DNA of 64,000 nt. Source: Eledone cirrhosa (taxonomy: Eukaryota). Location of the stretch: the NCBI GenBank assembly GCA_964016885.1, contig OZ024751.1, positions 14,012,001 through 14,076,000 of the forward strand, given 5' to 3'. The notes under the pieces were generated by a model. That model ran no database searches. It saw only the letters and a list, made by a program, of their open reading frames with translations, and was not told the origin of the DNA. Positions 12,786-24,943 of this stretch are shown here, one piece after another (the first letter of the stretch is position 1; each line of letters starts with the position of its first letter). Both the position numbers and the translations under genes were made by a program.

Positions 12786-15700
12786 CGGACCAGACTTGCC
12801 ACTTTCACCCACCTTTCAACAAACTTACTAGAAGACAGCACTTGCCTCTCCACCCTGATTTTCCTCTTCAAGTGAAACTTGAAAACGTTAATCAGGGATT
12901 TGCCGAAGAGGAAGCACCAGAGATGTCGCAGCATCAACGCATGCTTGCGCATCATCAGCCACGGCATGCCTAGTCCTCCACATAACGGGTATTAACAGCA
13001 AATGGATCGTCTGACCATGGGAGCACGTCCCTTCCACAAAAAGCGGAAGAGAAGGCGCTCCATTTTGGTCAGAGTTGGGTGGAGGGCAAGGTACGACGGC
13101 CAGGCGGTAGAAGATGACGGACGTTATGTACGCATTCGCCACCTCCGCCCGACCTTTCAGAGACAGCCTCCTCTCGGCCCATTTCTGGGTGAGAGAAGCC
13201 ACCCTGCTCGTCACCTCGCTCCAGTTTTTCTCCATCTGGAGGTCCGGACCGAACCAGACCCCAAGCAATTTAACCGGTCCTTCCGTCCAGCGCCCCACGA
13301 CGCTGTCGGGCGGCATAGACTTACCTCTCCAGGTGCCGAGTTACAAGCCCACCGACTTTTCCTGGTTTATCTTTGCTCCTGTCACAGCTTCGTATTCCTT
13401 GAGAGCATCTGGACGTGTTTGGTGTTCGACCCCATCAAGGTGACGTCGTCGGCGTAAGCTGACATGGATCTCCCGCATCCCAGTTCGCGTCTCCAATTTG
13501 TGCAGTAACGGCTCGAGGGCCAGTACGTACAAGAGGGACGAGAGGGGACAACCCTGGCGGACTGAGCGCATGATGTTGAAAGGCTGCGACAGGTGACCAT
13601 TCACCCTCACAATCGAGCAGATGTCGCTGTGCATCGCAGCGAGCCAGCCCCTAAATACGAGCCCGAAGCCGACCGCCTCGAGGACCGCAGCCAGGTACCG
13701 ATGGTCGACCCTATCAAATGCTTTAGATTGATCCAAGTTGATCAGGGCCCTACCCGTGCCAGGTTTCTTAACCACCCTCTCTATGATGTATCACATGAGA
13801 GGGAGGTTGTCTTGACGGATCTGTCCGGAATGGCGCATGTCTGCGCCTCTCCCACCAGATCAACGACGACAAACGCCAATCTCTTTGTTAACACCTTGGC
13901 CAAAATCTTAAAGTCAGCGTTTAGCAGAGTTATGGGCCTGAAGTTATCTATAACGTTCCCCTTGTTCGGGTCTTTTCTCAGCAGCGCCACCGCTCCCCGG
14001 CTCACAAAACTAGGAATACTCCCGTTCTGCTGCCAGTTGCAGTAGACATCTGCCAAGAGGTCGCCGAACAAGTCTGGCATAAATGCATAAAGATCGTAGG
14101 GCAGACCATCCAAACCTGGCGATTTACCCCTCGTGCAGTCAGACATCGCTTCCCGTATTTCACCTGCTGTTATCGGCGTTTCGCAGCACTGCGCTCGTCG
14201 AGAGCCGCGGCAGTCCGTCGAGGTATGCACCGAAGTCTATACTCCGATCCGGCCCGCTCCTGAACAATTGAGCAAAGTGCTGTTGAAAAGCCGCACACAT
14301 CTGCTCGGGTTCGAGCAACATGCGCCCGTTTTGATCAGGCAAAGACCGAATTGTGGACTTGTCACGTTGCGCCTCCACCACCCGGGCCCATTGAACGGCT
14401 TTCGTCCACTCGTGTATTAGAGAACGCGCTCTAGCTCTGACAGCGCAGCCTTCATGCTTTTCGTTGAAGAATTGGTCGAGTGCCAATCTCGCCGCAAGCA
14501 TGTCGGTTGCGATGCCTGTCCTAAACGCCTCTTCTAGCTTTCTAACTAACTCTCCTTCTACTCTATTTTCCTCTATCACTACTCCTTTGCTAAACCTTAT
14601 CGATTCTACTAATTTCAGGGTAAACCACCACCTGTTGTTGACGATCGCTCCCGTCAACGCACGCTTAACTAATTCGCTAATCCGGCCTCTGTAAGCTTTG
14701 CGCGCCGGGAACGACGCGTTCAGCTTCCAGTAGCCGGGCCCTTGCCTATGGTGTCTATCTAAGTCAACTTCACAGATCACAAATTTGTGGTCCGTGTAGT
14801 CGACTAATTTGAATATTGGACAACCTACACCAGCCTTATCTGTTTCCCTACAGAATACCCTATCTAAATACGATCTGGATGACTCGATGCGGTTTGCCCA
14901 TGTCCACATTGGCACATTCGGATAATCCAGTTTATACCTGTCAGACAGTTCAAAACGTCTGAGCAGGTTGTTGAGGTTTTTACACCCTCCTGCCCTGTAT
15001 ACTAGCTCCACATAATCCCAGCTTGCATCTAAGATACCGTTCCAGTCGCCCACTAACACTAAAGAGCGGGACATTCCAAGAAAGATCTTTAGACGTCTGA
15101 AGAAATCTGGCCGTCCAGCCCCTGTTGGCGCGTAGACGGCTACTAGCCTGACAGCATTTCCTTCGCTGCCGGTCACGTCCAACACCACCGACTTACCTTC
15201 TGGGTCCAGGAAGATGGCCCGTATGGCGAGATCCAAGCCTCTCCGAAAAAGGACGGCAACCCCTCCCCCCGATCCTGGACGGCTGGGAGATGCGTATACA
15301 TCGTAGCCGCCGAAGATCGGTGCGAAGGTTCGTGTTTCGGAGATTCTGGTCTCGCTGATGGCCACCAGATCTATGTATAGTGATCTGAGGTCGTTGAGCA
15401 GGTGACCCTGCTTCCAAGATGACCCCAGGCCACGTACATTTATACTGCCTATTCTAAATACGGCCATGTTGGATGAGAAACGGGGTAGTAAGAAAGGATC
15501 ACTTACTTTGATTGTATGGTGAAGGGACAGTAGAACCGTCCCTTTGGCTAGTCATAGGTGTTTCCAAGAGGATGTCGGCGTATATCCTCTAGGTAACCGA
15601 CCCTCTGAAGTCTCCAACTGCGTTGGGGAATTTTTGTTTTAAAAGTTTGTAATGTACTATTTTGATTTCAATGATGCTTATGCTTGCTGAGAGAGTTCTT

Positions 15701-17623
15701 TGCGTTGGTGGGGTGTAGTAGTTTTTTTCTGTGATGTCTGTGTGCTGCTTTATATGTTGTAATAGTTCTTTATTTGCCATGTTTATGGCTGTGTACTTTT
15801 TGGGGGGAGGTGCGATTTTGTTGCTGTTTTATTGTTGTTGCTGTTGGGTGTGTGTGTTTTGTTGTGTTTGCAATGTTGGTGTTTTTGGTGATGCTGGTGG
15901 TGGTGTGGTTGTTGTTGGTGGTGATGCTTATGATGGTGATGGTGTTGCTGCAAGTCTCCTAGCAGCCTTTACCTCTCTTTGTCTGCCTTCGCTTTTGGAG
16001 GGTGAAGCTAAGGGTTTTTTGTTTTTTGTGGCAAACCGTTTGCCACTTCCCTCCCGCCTCACACTCCATGTCGGACCCCGCAGCTCCACTGCTGTTGGTG
16101 GTGGTAGTGGAGTCCGTTCCGGCGATTTTACCGCCGGTGTAGCTACTGCGACTATTGGTGTTGCCGCCACTGCTGCCGCTGATTTAGTTGTCCGTGGCCT
16201 TGGTTTGGGTGCCACGGACGTTGCCCTCCTACTCATCATAAAAGGGTCTTCTGCCTCTGTTGCCTGCTCTGCTCTTGGTAGCAGCGGATCAGGCGTCGGA
16301 AGGAGGGGGCCCCTCTTCTTGGCTGTCTTCTGCAGGCCCTGAGGTACCCTTCTGCCCACAGAGATAGCACTTTGGGCGCCTTCCTTCCACGCTTGTAGGG
16401 AGTTGGAGCCCTTCTTCGAGGTCTATGATGTCTGGGATGGCCTCGATGCACTCCTGGTCAGTCTGTATTAGCATGCCTATTCCTGACCAGTTCTCTCTCC
16501 CATTCTCTGTATTTGCAGTATGGTAGTCTTCTCTTCGATACCAGCCAGTACAGACGCGGCCAGCCAAGGTATGGGCACGTCGGGCGAGACCTGGTCACTT
16601 TGACCCTCACAGTAGGAGGGCACCAAGACTATCTCCTCACTATTTAGGGTTTCCAAAGAGTGAAACTTCGTCTCTTGGGAGGGGGTGAAAAGTACGTCTA
16701 CTGTGGCGTACTTTTTGCCTCGGGTGATGTGGGTTTTGCGCGCCCAGACGCACCCCAAAGCCTTTTGGATTTGAGCCTCCGTGGCTCTCTCCACCCGATG
16801 TGACATTTTGCTTACGCTGTGGTAAGTCACCGTCCCCAGCTGCTGGTCTTTGAAGAAATCGGGTGGAGGTTTCAGGGAAACTCTATCGTCGTTTCTCGAC
16901 ACCATGGTTCTTTCGACTGCCATCTCCTCCTCCGTGACTAGCACTGTCTCTATATTTCGGGCCACACCTGCGAAAGAAGTGACCCCTTTTTCAGCGGCCC
17001 CATTATTGCTGCCGCTACTGCTGCTACTGGTCTTGTTGTTGGTGCTGTTGCTGTTGCTACTGTTACAAACGGCGTTGTTGCTTTTATCACTGTTGTAGTT
17101 GGTTGTTTTTGGTGCCACCGTTGTTGTTGTTTTCGATGCAATTTGTATTGTTGCTGTTGGTGTTGTCGTTGTTTATTTTCTTGTTAGTTCTGTTAACATC
17201 GTTGTTGCATTTGTTGTCATTATTTTCTGTTGTCTGTATTTTGCTTGACGCTGTTATTGTTGTAGTTGATGTGGTAATGTTTTCAAAATTAGTGTTCTCT
17301 GTGTTGTTGTCTTTGTTCACGTTGTTTGTGGTGGTCTCTGTTGTATGAATTTCACTAACCCTCCTCTCAACTTTTACGCCGTTGTCACACGACATATTGC
17401 TGGGGGCGTGGCTCCGCCATCTTTTGTTTTTTTTATAATTTTTTTTAAACGTAAAACGTTCAAATATTTGGGCCAAAAGGCCCAAATATTATACTTTCCA
17501 CTTCACAGGGCAAAGTCTAAGAATTTATACCCCTTACACAACAAGAAATATTTAACAACAAATAATTTTAACAGGCAAATAAAGCGACTTACTGGGAGCG
17601 AGCAAAAAGCGTCCGAACAGACC
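12786..17623 (-). mobile_element. Decayed Tx1-like non-LTR retrotransposon (copy A2: 5' UTR, ORF1, ORF2 with internal deletion)
   Basis: APE start MAVFRIGSINVRGL (15467), GDWN, SYLDR, TDH; RT motifs KSPGLDG, NFRPITLLN, LDQSKAFDRV, RQGCPLS, YADD; several frameshifts; 5' end abuts (ATT)5. Confidence 0.92.
15540..17400 (-). pseudogene. Tx1 ORF1 (gag-like) of copy A2, frameshifted
   Basis: N/T/S-rich N-terminus, HITRGKKYATVDVLF, CYLCGQKG zinc knuckle, P/T linker, then KFPNAVGDFR; homologous to the 500-aa ORF1 of copy B. Confidence 0.85.
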
Positions 17624-17638
17624 AATAATAATAATAAT

Positions 17639-17802
17639 TGTTTCTACTTTTGGCACAAGGCCAGCAGTTACCCAGTACATTACTGGTACTTTATTTTATC
17701 GACCCCGGAAGGATGAAAGGCAAAGTTAACCTCGGCGGGATTTGAACTCAGGTCATACAGGGAGGTAACTATGCTTCAAAGCATGGCGTCCGACCCTCTA
17801 CC
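17639..17802 (-). mobile_element. 5'-clipped tail-A SINE between the two Tx1 copies
   Basis: Matches SINE consensus from GGTAGAGGGTCGGACGCC to AGTAGAAACA; (ATT)n on both sides. Confidence 0.92.
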
Positions 17803-17834
<32 letters not shown>

Positions 17835-18079
17835 TTTCGTTATTAACCACAAGGGTTTACATAAAGTAGATATTAAGGACAGTGCAGGACAATACAGGAC
17901 GGTACTAATGGGCATTTCTGCGTGTAAAAAACAAAAACAGAGGATGTAACAAAAATTAACAATGAAAAATTCCCCAATAGGGGGGAGACTTCGGAGGGAC
18001 ATTTGTGGAGAAAGCCCAGTAAAAGGCCACAGTGACCCTGACCACCAGAGTAAGTGCCCTCTCCCAGTTTTCCACCTTT

Positions 18080-21000
18080 AATTTACATATACGTACTCAG
18101 AGTAGGCCCATTCACTCGGGCCATTCTTGCTTCTCTCACCCGTCTTTCAACAAAATGCTGGGAAGAGAGCACTTCTCTCTCTACTCTGATTTTCCTTTTC
18201 AAATGAAATTTGAAAAAGTTAATCAGGGCATCACCGAAGAGGTAAGTGTCCACCATACTATCTCTGTCGCCATGGCCACCAGACAGATAAAAACTGCCTG
18301 CCCTTCCCGGCTAAAGGAAGAGGGCGGGGCAATCCTCACGGTGGACTCAGATGATAGCCGGAACCGTCCTACACGCGACAGCAGGTGTTCGACATAAACC
18401 CACAAGTCAGCAATTTTCGGACACTGGACGAGTGCGTGCAGGACGGTTTCGTCGCTCTGCGCGCATCTCGGACATGCCCGGCTGACGGCACCTCCATGCC
18501 TGTAGAGTTTATCCCGAACTGGCAAGGCTCCTCGGTAGCACTGCCAGGCCAGAGATTTCTGGAAGTTGTCCATAGGTTCCGGCCCGAAAGTTCTTCCGAA
18601 GAGATTGGCTAGTTGATTTTCGTCGACGCCTAGAGTTTCCCCAAGTACGTCGTCGCTCTTCCCCTCCACTAATCCTCTATAGAACGCCGAAGTGGAGTTT
18701 CCACCGATTACATTGCCCGATTGGTCGAGGGCTGTGAGCGCCTGAAGACATTCCAGTCTCCAGGCGCTCCCTCTCGGTCTTCGCTTGACCCAGGACTGCA
18801 GCTCCGTCAAGGAAACGAGCTGGGGAAATACGTGTCTAGCAAACGGCGACCACACCTGATCACCGTCGAGGAAGAGGTGGAGATGTCGTAGCCTGAGCAC
18901 GTGTCTGCGCATCATCAGCCACGGCATGCCCAGCCCTCCACGTAGCGGGTGTTGACAGCAGATGGACCGCCTGACCATCGGAGCGCGTCCCTTCCACAAA
19001 AAGCGAAAGAGCAAACGCTCCAGCGCAGTCAGGCGGAGCTTAGGACAAGGTACGACGGTCAGGCGGTAGCAGATGACAGACGCGAGGTACGCGTTAGCTA
19101 CCTCTGCTCGACCTTTCAGGGATAGCTTCCTCTCCGCCCATTTCTGGGTGAGAGAAGCCACCCTGCTCGTCACCTCGTCCCAGTTTTTGTCGTCTGGAGG
19201 TCCGGACCGAACCAGACCCCTAGCAATTTAACCGGTCCGTCCGTTCAGCGTCCGACGACGCTGTTGGACGGCATCGACCTGCCTCTCCAGGTGCCGAGCT
19301 GCAGGCCCACTGACTTTTCCTGGTTGATCATTGCTCCTGTCACCGCTTCGTATTCTCTTAATGTAGTGCCGATCACCTCGATGTGTTTGGCGTTCGACAC
19401 CACTACGGTGACATCGTCCGCATATGCTGACACGGATCTTCCGCATCCTAGTTCGCGCGAGATGCCCCTCAACGTCTCCAGTTTGTGCAGTAATGGCTCG
19501 AGAGTCAATACGTACAAGAGGGACGAGACGGGACATCCTTGGCGGACCGAGCGCATGATGTTGAACGGTTCCGAAAGGTGACCGTTCACTCTCACCACAG
19601 AGCAGATGTCGCTGTGCATGGCAGCAATCCAGCCTCTGAAGACGGACCCAAAGCCAGCCGCCCTCAGGACTGCCGCTAGGTAACGATGGTCGACCCTATC
19701 GAAAGCTTTCGACTGATCTAAATTGATCAAGGACCCACCTGTGCCAGGTTCCCTAGCTACCCTCTCTACGATGTATCGCATGAGGTGGAGGTTGTCGTGG
19801 ATGGATCTGTCAGGAATGGCGCATGTCTGCGCCTCTCCCACCAGAGCACCAACGACGAGCGCCAACCTCTTTGCTAGCACCTTGGCCAAAATCTTGAACT
19901 CTGTGTTTAGCAGAGTTATGGGCCTGAAATTATCTATGTTATCCCCCTTGTTCGGATCCTTTCTCAGCAGTGCACCGTTCCTCGGCTCACAGAGCTGGGA
20001 ATTCTCCCATTCTGTTGCCAGTTGCAGTAGACGTCCGCCAAGAGGCCTCCGAACAAGTCTGGCATCTGTACGTAAAGTTCATAGGGCAGACTATCCAAAC
20101 CAGGCGATTTACCCCTTGTGCAGCCAGTCATTGCCTCCCGTACTTCAGCGGCTGTTATCGACTTTTCGCAACACTCCGCCTCAGTGGCCGAGAGCCGCGG
20201 CAGTCCGTCGAGGTAGATACTAAAGTCCATCCCTCGACCCGGCCCATCGCTGCCCCCGAACAGCTGAGCGAAGTGTCGCTGAAAAGCTTCACACATTTTC
20301 CCGGAATCGAGTAGCATGCGCCCGTCGTGGTCCACCAAAGACCGGATCGTGGCTTTGTTGCCACGACGCGCCTCCGCCACTCGGGCCCATTGAACGGCTT
20401 TTGTCCCCTCGTGTCTGAGAGCACGCACCCTAGCTCTGACAACGCAGCCTTCGTGCTTTGCATTGAAGAATTGGTCAAGGGCCAATTTCGCCGCAAGAAC
20501 GTCGGTCGCAATGCCTTTTCTAAGCGCCTCGTCTAATTTTCTAACTAGTTCTCCCTCTGCTCTATTTTTCTCTATTGCTAAAGCCTTACTAAACCTAATG
20601 GATTCTATTCTAATCACTCTTTTCAGAGCAAACCAACACTTGTTGTTGACGATGGCCCCCGTCAACGCCCGCTTAACTAGTTCGCTAATCCGGTCTCTGT
20701 AGGCCTTGCGCGCTGGTAAGGACGCGTTTAGCTTCCAGTAGCCGGGTCCTCGTCTATGAAGCCTATCTAAATCAAGCACACAGATCACGAATTTGTGGTC
20801 CGTGTAGCTGACTATCTTGAATTGTGGACAGCCTATGCTAGACCTATCTATTTCCCTACAAAATACTCTATCTAGATATGATCTGGATGACCCTATGCGA
20901 TTTGTCCAAGTCCACATTGGCACATTCGGGAAATCCAATCGGTACCTGTCAGACAGTTCAAAACGCCTGAGCAGGTTTGTGAGGCTCTTGCACCCTCCAC

Positions 21001-21500
21001 CCCTATCCGCTAATTCCACACAGTCCCAGCGTGCATCTAAGATCCCGTTCCAGTCGCCCACTAACACTAAAGAGCGGAACGTTCCAAGAAAGATCTCCAG
21101 CCGCCGGAAGAAATCAGGCCACCCTGCTCCTGTCGGGGCATAGACGGCCACTAGCCTGAAAGCTTGCCCGTCTCCGCTGGTCACGTCCAGCACCACCAAC
21201 TTACCCCCTGGGTCCAGGAAGATGGCCCGTATGGCGAGATCCAATCCTCTCCGAAAAAGCACAGCAACTCCTCCCCGGGGGGAGGAGTTGCTGTGCTTTT
21301 TCGGATCCAGGACGGCTGGGAGATGCGTACACATCGTAGCCGCCGAAGATCGGTGCGAAGGCCCGTGCTTCGGAGATTCTGGTCTCGGTGATGGCCATTA
21401 CATCTATGTTTAGTGACCTGAGGTCGTTGAGCAGGGGACCCTGCTTCCGTGACGACCCCAAGCCACGCGCATTTATGCTGTCTATTCTGAGTGAGGTCAT
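18080..21500 (-). pseudogene. Tx1 ORF2 (APE endonuclease, reverse transcriptase, C-terminal CCHC), frameshifted
   Basis: SINARGL, VYAP, GDWNG, SYLDR, TDH, GPGYWKLN, KAFDRV, RQGCP, YADD, CPRCAQSDETVLHALVQC spread over ORFs 21201-21500, 19964-21334, 19245-19889, 18223-19173. Confidence 0.95.
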
Positions 21501-21863
21501 GTTTAAAATGGAGTGGAAAAGATGGGAAAGACCACTTACCGTACTTTTCGTAGAGGAAGGATGGTTTCTCCATCCCTTTTCACTTGATCGTCTGGTGAAG
21601 GGACCGTTGAATCATCCCTTCGGCTGGATTGTCGGCTCTTCTATGAGTATGTCCGAATATACTCTCCGGTTGAGAGTCCCTCCTAGGTCTCTAAAATCAC
21701 CAACTGCGTTGGGGAATTTCGTTTTAATGTTTGTGTATTGTTTCTGTGCTATTTTTACCAGTCTTATGTTTGTTGGCGTTTTGATTGGTGCTGGTATTAT
21801 GTAGTCGTGCAGTGAAATATCTGTGATCAATTATGTAAGTCATTAGTTTCTTGTTGTGCGTAT

Positions 21864-23366
21864 TTATTGCCGTGCATTTGTTTTTCTGGGGGTGGGTGTG
21901 GTTCTGCTATTTTCTTGTCGTTGTTGCTGGGTGTGTGTGTTTTGTTGTTGTGTTTCCGATGTTGGTGCTTGTGGTGGTGGTGTTGAAGGTGTTGTTGTTG
22001 TTGGCGGTGGGGTTGTCGCCGGTGGTGATGGTGGTGCTAGTGTGGGTGGTGATGATGTTGGTGGTGTTGCTGCTGTGAGTCTCTTTGCAGTAGCCTTTAC
22101 CCTTTTTTCATTTCTTTCCTCCCTTTTCGAAGGCGACGATGCGCTGCTTCTGCGTTTGTGCCTTCTTACGACCTTTTGCCATCCCTCTCCCACCTCACAC
22201 TCCATGTCTGATTCTGTGAGGTCGGGGAGGAGTACCAGCTCCACTCTCTCACTTGTTGTTGTTGGTGAATTTTGCAGTGGAGTCTCTGTTGCAGCTGCAT
22301 TTGGTATTACTGTTGTTGTTGTTAATACTCCCACTGCTGCTGTTGTTCTTGATTTCTGTGGTGTGGGTATGGGTGCCACGGACCTATCGTTCCTGGTTGC
22401 CGCTTGTCCTGTTGCTGGTAGTTGTGGAGCCGGTTTCGGAAGGAGGGGGGTTTTCTCCTTTCTCAGGGTCTTCTCGTTGCAGAAGGCCCTGAGGTGAGTC
22501 TTCGATCCACAGCGAAAGCATTTCGGGCGGTTGCCCTCAACACTTATGGGCAGTTGAGTGCCGTTATCGAAGTCTATCACATCCGGGATAGCTTCGATGC
22601 ACTCCTGGTTGGTTTGGATTAACATCTCAATGGAGGTGCCGACCCAATCTTCTCTTACTTTTTTCTGTACTTTCAGTACAGTTGTTTTGTCCTCGATTCC
22701 GACGAGGACAGACGCGGCCAGCCAAGAAGGGGCCATCCCGGGGGGGACATGGGTCAGTTTGACCCTCACAATTTTTTTCCCGCAGTAGGAGGGCACCAAC
22801 ACCATTTCCTCGCTCCTTAGGGTCACTAAGGATTGAGCCTTTGCCTCCTGGGGTGTGTCAAAAAGCACGTCTACGGTGGCATATTTCTTGCCTCGGGTGA
22901 TATGCGTTTTCCGCTGCCACACAGACCCTAAGGCTTTTTGTATTTGAGCCTCTGTGGCTCTTTCAACCCTACGGGATTTTGTGCTTACTGTACGGTACGT
23001 GACCGTACAGTGCTGTTGGGTTTCGAAAAATTTTTCAGCTGCCTTGCAGATTGCTCGGTGTCCGGTTTTCGTCACCATCTTCTTCGCTTCCTGTAATTCC
23101 TCATTTGTTATGAGGATGGTTTCCAGGTTCTTTGCGATACCTGCAAATGAGATTGGTTTTTCTTTGCTGCTGTTGTTGTTGTTGTTGTTGTCGTCAGAGC
23201 TGCTGTTACTTTTGTTGTTGCTGCCGGTACTACGACTACTGCCGCCGCCACTGTTGCTGTGGTTGTTGCTGCTGCTGCTGTTGTTGTTGCCGTTGCTGCT
23301 AATGCTGTTGTTGTTTATGCTGCTGCTGATGCTGTTGCGGCTGCTACTGTTGTTTTTCCTTGTCAC
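21864..23366 (-). CDS. Tx1 ORF1 protein (500 aa open; CCHC zinc knuckle), C-terminus lost by frameshift
   Basis: CFRCGSKTHLRAFC = C-X2-C-X4-H-X4-C; lies upstream of ORF2; homologous to ORF1 of copy A2. Confidence 0.88.
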   Translation of the reverse strand: MTRKNNSSSRNSISSSINNNSISSNGNNNSSSSNNHSNSGGGSSRSTGSNNKSNSSSDDNNNNNNSSKEKPISFAGIAKNLETILITNEELQEAKKMVTKTGHRAICKAAEKFFETQQHCTVTYRTVSTKSRRVERATEAQIQKALGSVWQRKTHITRGKKYATVDVLFDTPQEAKAQSLVTLRSEEMVLVPSYCGKKIVRVKLTHVPPGMAPSWLAASVLVGIEDKTTVLKVQKKVREDWVGTSIEMLIQTNQECIEAIPDVIDFDNGTQLPISVEGNRPKCFRCGSKTHLRAFCNEKTLRKEKTPLLPKPAPQLPATGQAATRNDRSVAPIPTPQKSRTTAAVGVLTTTTVIPNAAATETPLQNSPTTTSERVELVLLPDLTESDMECEVGEGWQKVVRRHKRRSSASSPSKREERNEKRVKATAKRLTAATPPTSSPPTLAPPSPPATTPPPTTTTPSTPPPQAPTSETQQQNTHTQQQRQENSRTTPTPRKTNARQ

Positions 23367-24029
23367 TGTTGCTGCTGCTGCTGTAATTACGGCTGCTACT
23401 GCTATTATTCATGACGTCAGACGAATGAAATGGGTTTTCGTATTTCCCGCACACCTTTTTCGTCGTTGTCGTCGTCGTCGTGGAGAAATCTTGCACGCTT
23501 TGCACATGATTTTTCTTTTCTGGCGTCGCTTGCGAAAGAGAAGGGAGGGAGAGAGACACATTTAGAGAAGGGAGGGGGAGAGACAATCTTCTCTCTGCTG
23601 CAGTGACGATTGAGGAAGAAGAAGACGGAATGAGTGGGAGTGACCTATGAAAATTCTTTTTCGTAGTCATGTTTTTTTTTGTTTAAAATAAATATTGGGC
23701 ACAAAACCCCAATAAACGGTTATTTAACCCCGAAGGGCCAAATAACGGGCAGAAAGACCCCTCTCACGAGGAGGATGGTGTTTTTGTCTACAATTTGGTT
23801 AAAGTTTTAAACAATTTACAATTGTTATAGCGGTCAAAATTTACAATACCTTACAGAGCCGAGCCTACGTCAACCATAGCATTCAATAATAATAATAACA
23901 ATAATAATAATAATTAGATATACGATATTGTCATGTGGGACAGTATTTATGATCTACAACGTCCGGGGTGTATGCTGCCTAATGTAGCGAAAGTAATTAA
24001 TAACTCATTCAAATTCAGTGAAATCTAAA

Positions 24030-24191
24030 ATATATATATAACCTGACCACAAATATATATATATATATATAACCTGACCGTAAACATATATATATAACCT
24101 GACCACAAATATATATATATATATAACCTGACCACAAATATATATATATATATAACCTGACCACAAATATATATATATATAACCTGACCAG

Positions 24192-24229
<38 letters not shown>

Positions 24230-24548
24230 ACACACAGAAACATGCGGACACACACATATATACATGAATGCATCCGCACCCAACTGTGAGTTATATATAT
24301 AACCTGACTACAAATATATATATATAACCTGACCACAAATATATATATATATATAACCTGACCACAAATATATATATATATATATAACCTGACCACAAAT
24401 ATATATATATATATATAACCTGACTACAAATATATATATATATATATAACCTGACTACAAATATATATATATATATATATAACCTGACTACAAATATATA
24501 TATATAACCTGACCACAAATATATATATATATATAACCTGACCACAAA

Positions 24549-24605
<57 letters not shown>

Positions 24606-24943
24606 CCTGACTACAAATATATATATATATATATATATAACCTGACCACAAATATATATATATAACCTGACCACAAATATATATATATATATAACCTGAC
24701 TACAAATATATATATATATATATATATAACCTGACTACAAATTTATATATATATATATATAACCTGACTACAAATATATATATATATATATATAACCTGA
24801 CTACAAATATATATATATATAACCTGACTACCTGACCACAAATATATATATATAACCTGACTACAAATATATATATATATATATAACCTGACCACAAATA
24901 TATATATAACCTGACTACAAATATAAATATATATAACCTGACC

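Larger units (their letters stand above)
17833..23884 (-). mobile_element. Full-length decayed Tx1-like non-LTR retrotransposon (copy B)
   Basis: ORF1 plus ORF2 (APE-RT-CCHC); flanked by (ATT)n at 17803-17832 and 23885-23914; 3' end CTTGTGGTTAATAACGAAATC(ATT)n. Confidence 0.95.

Noticed and set aside
12272-23565. Plus-strand ORFs over the Tx1 array
   Set aside because: Antisense shadows of the minus-strand ORFs with no recognisable motifs
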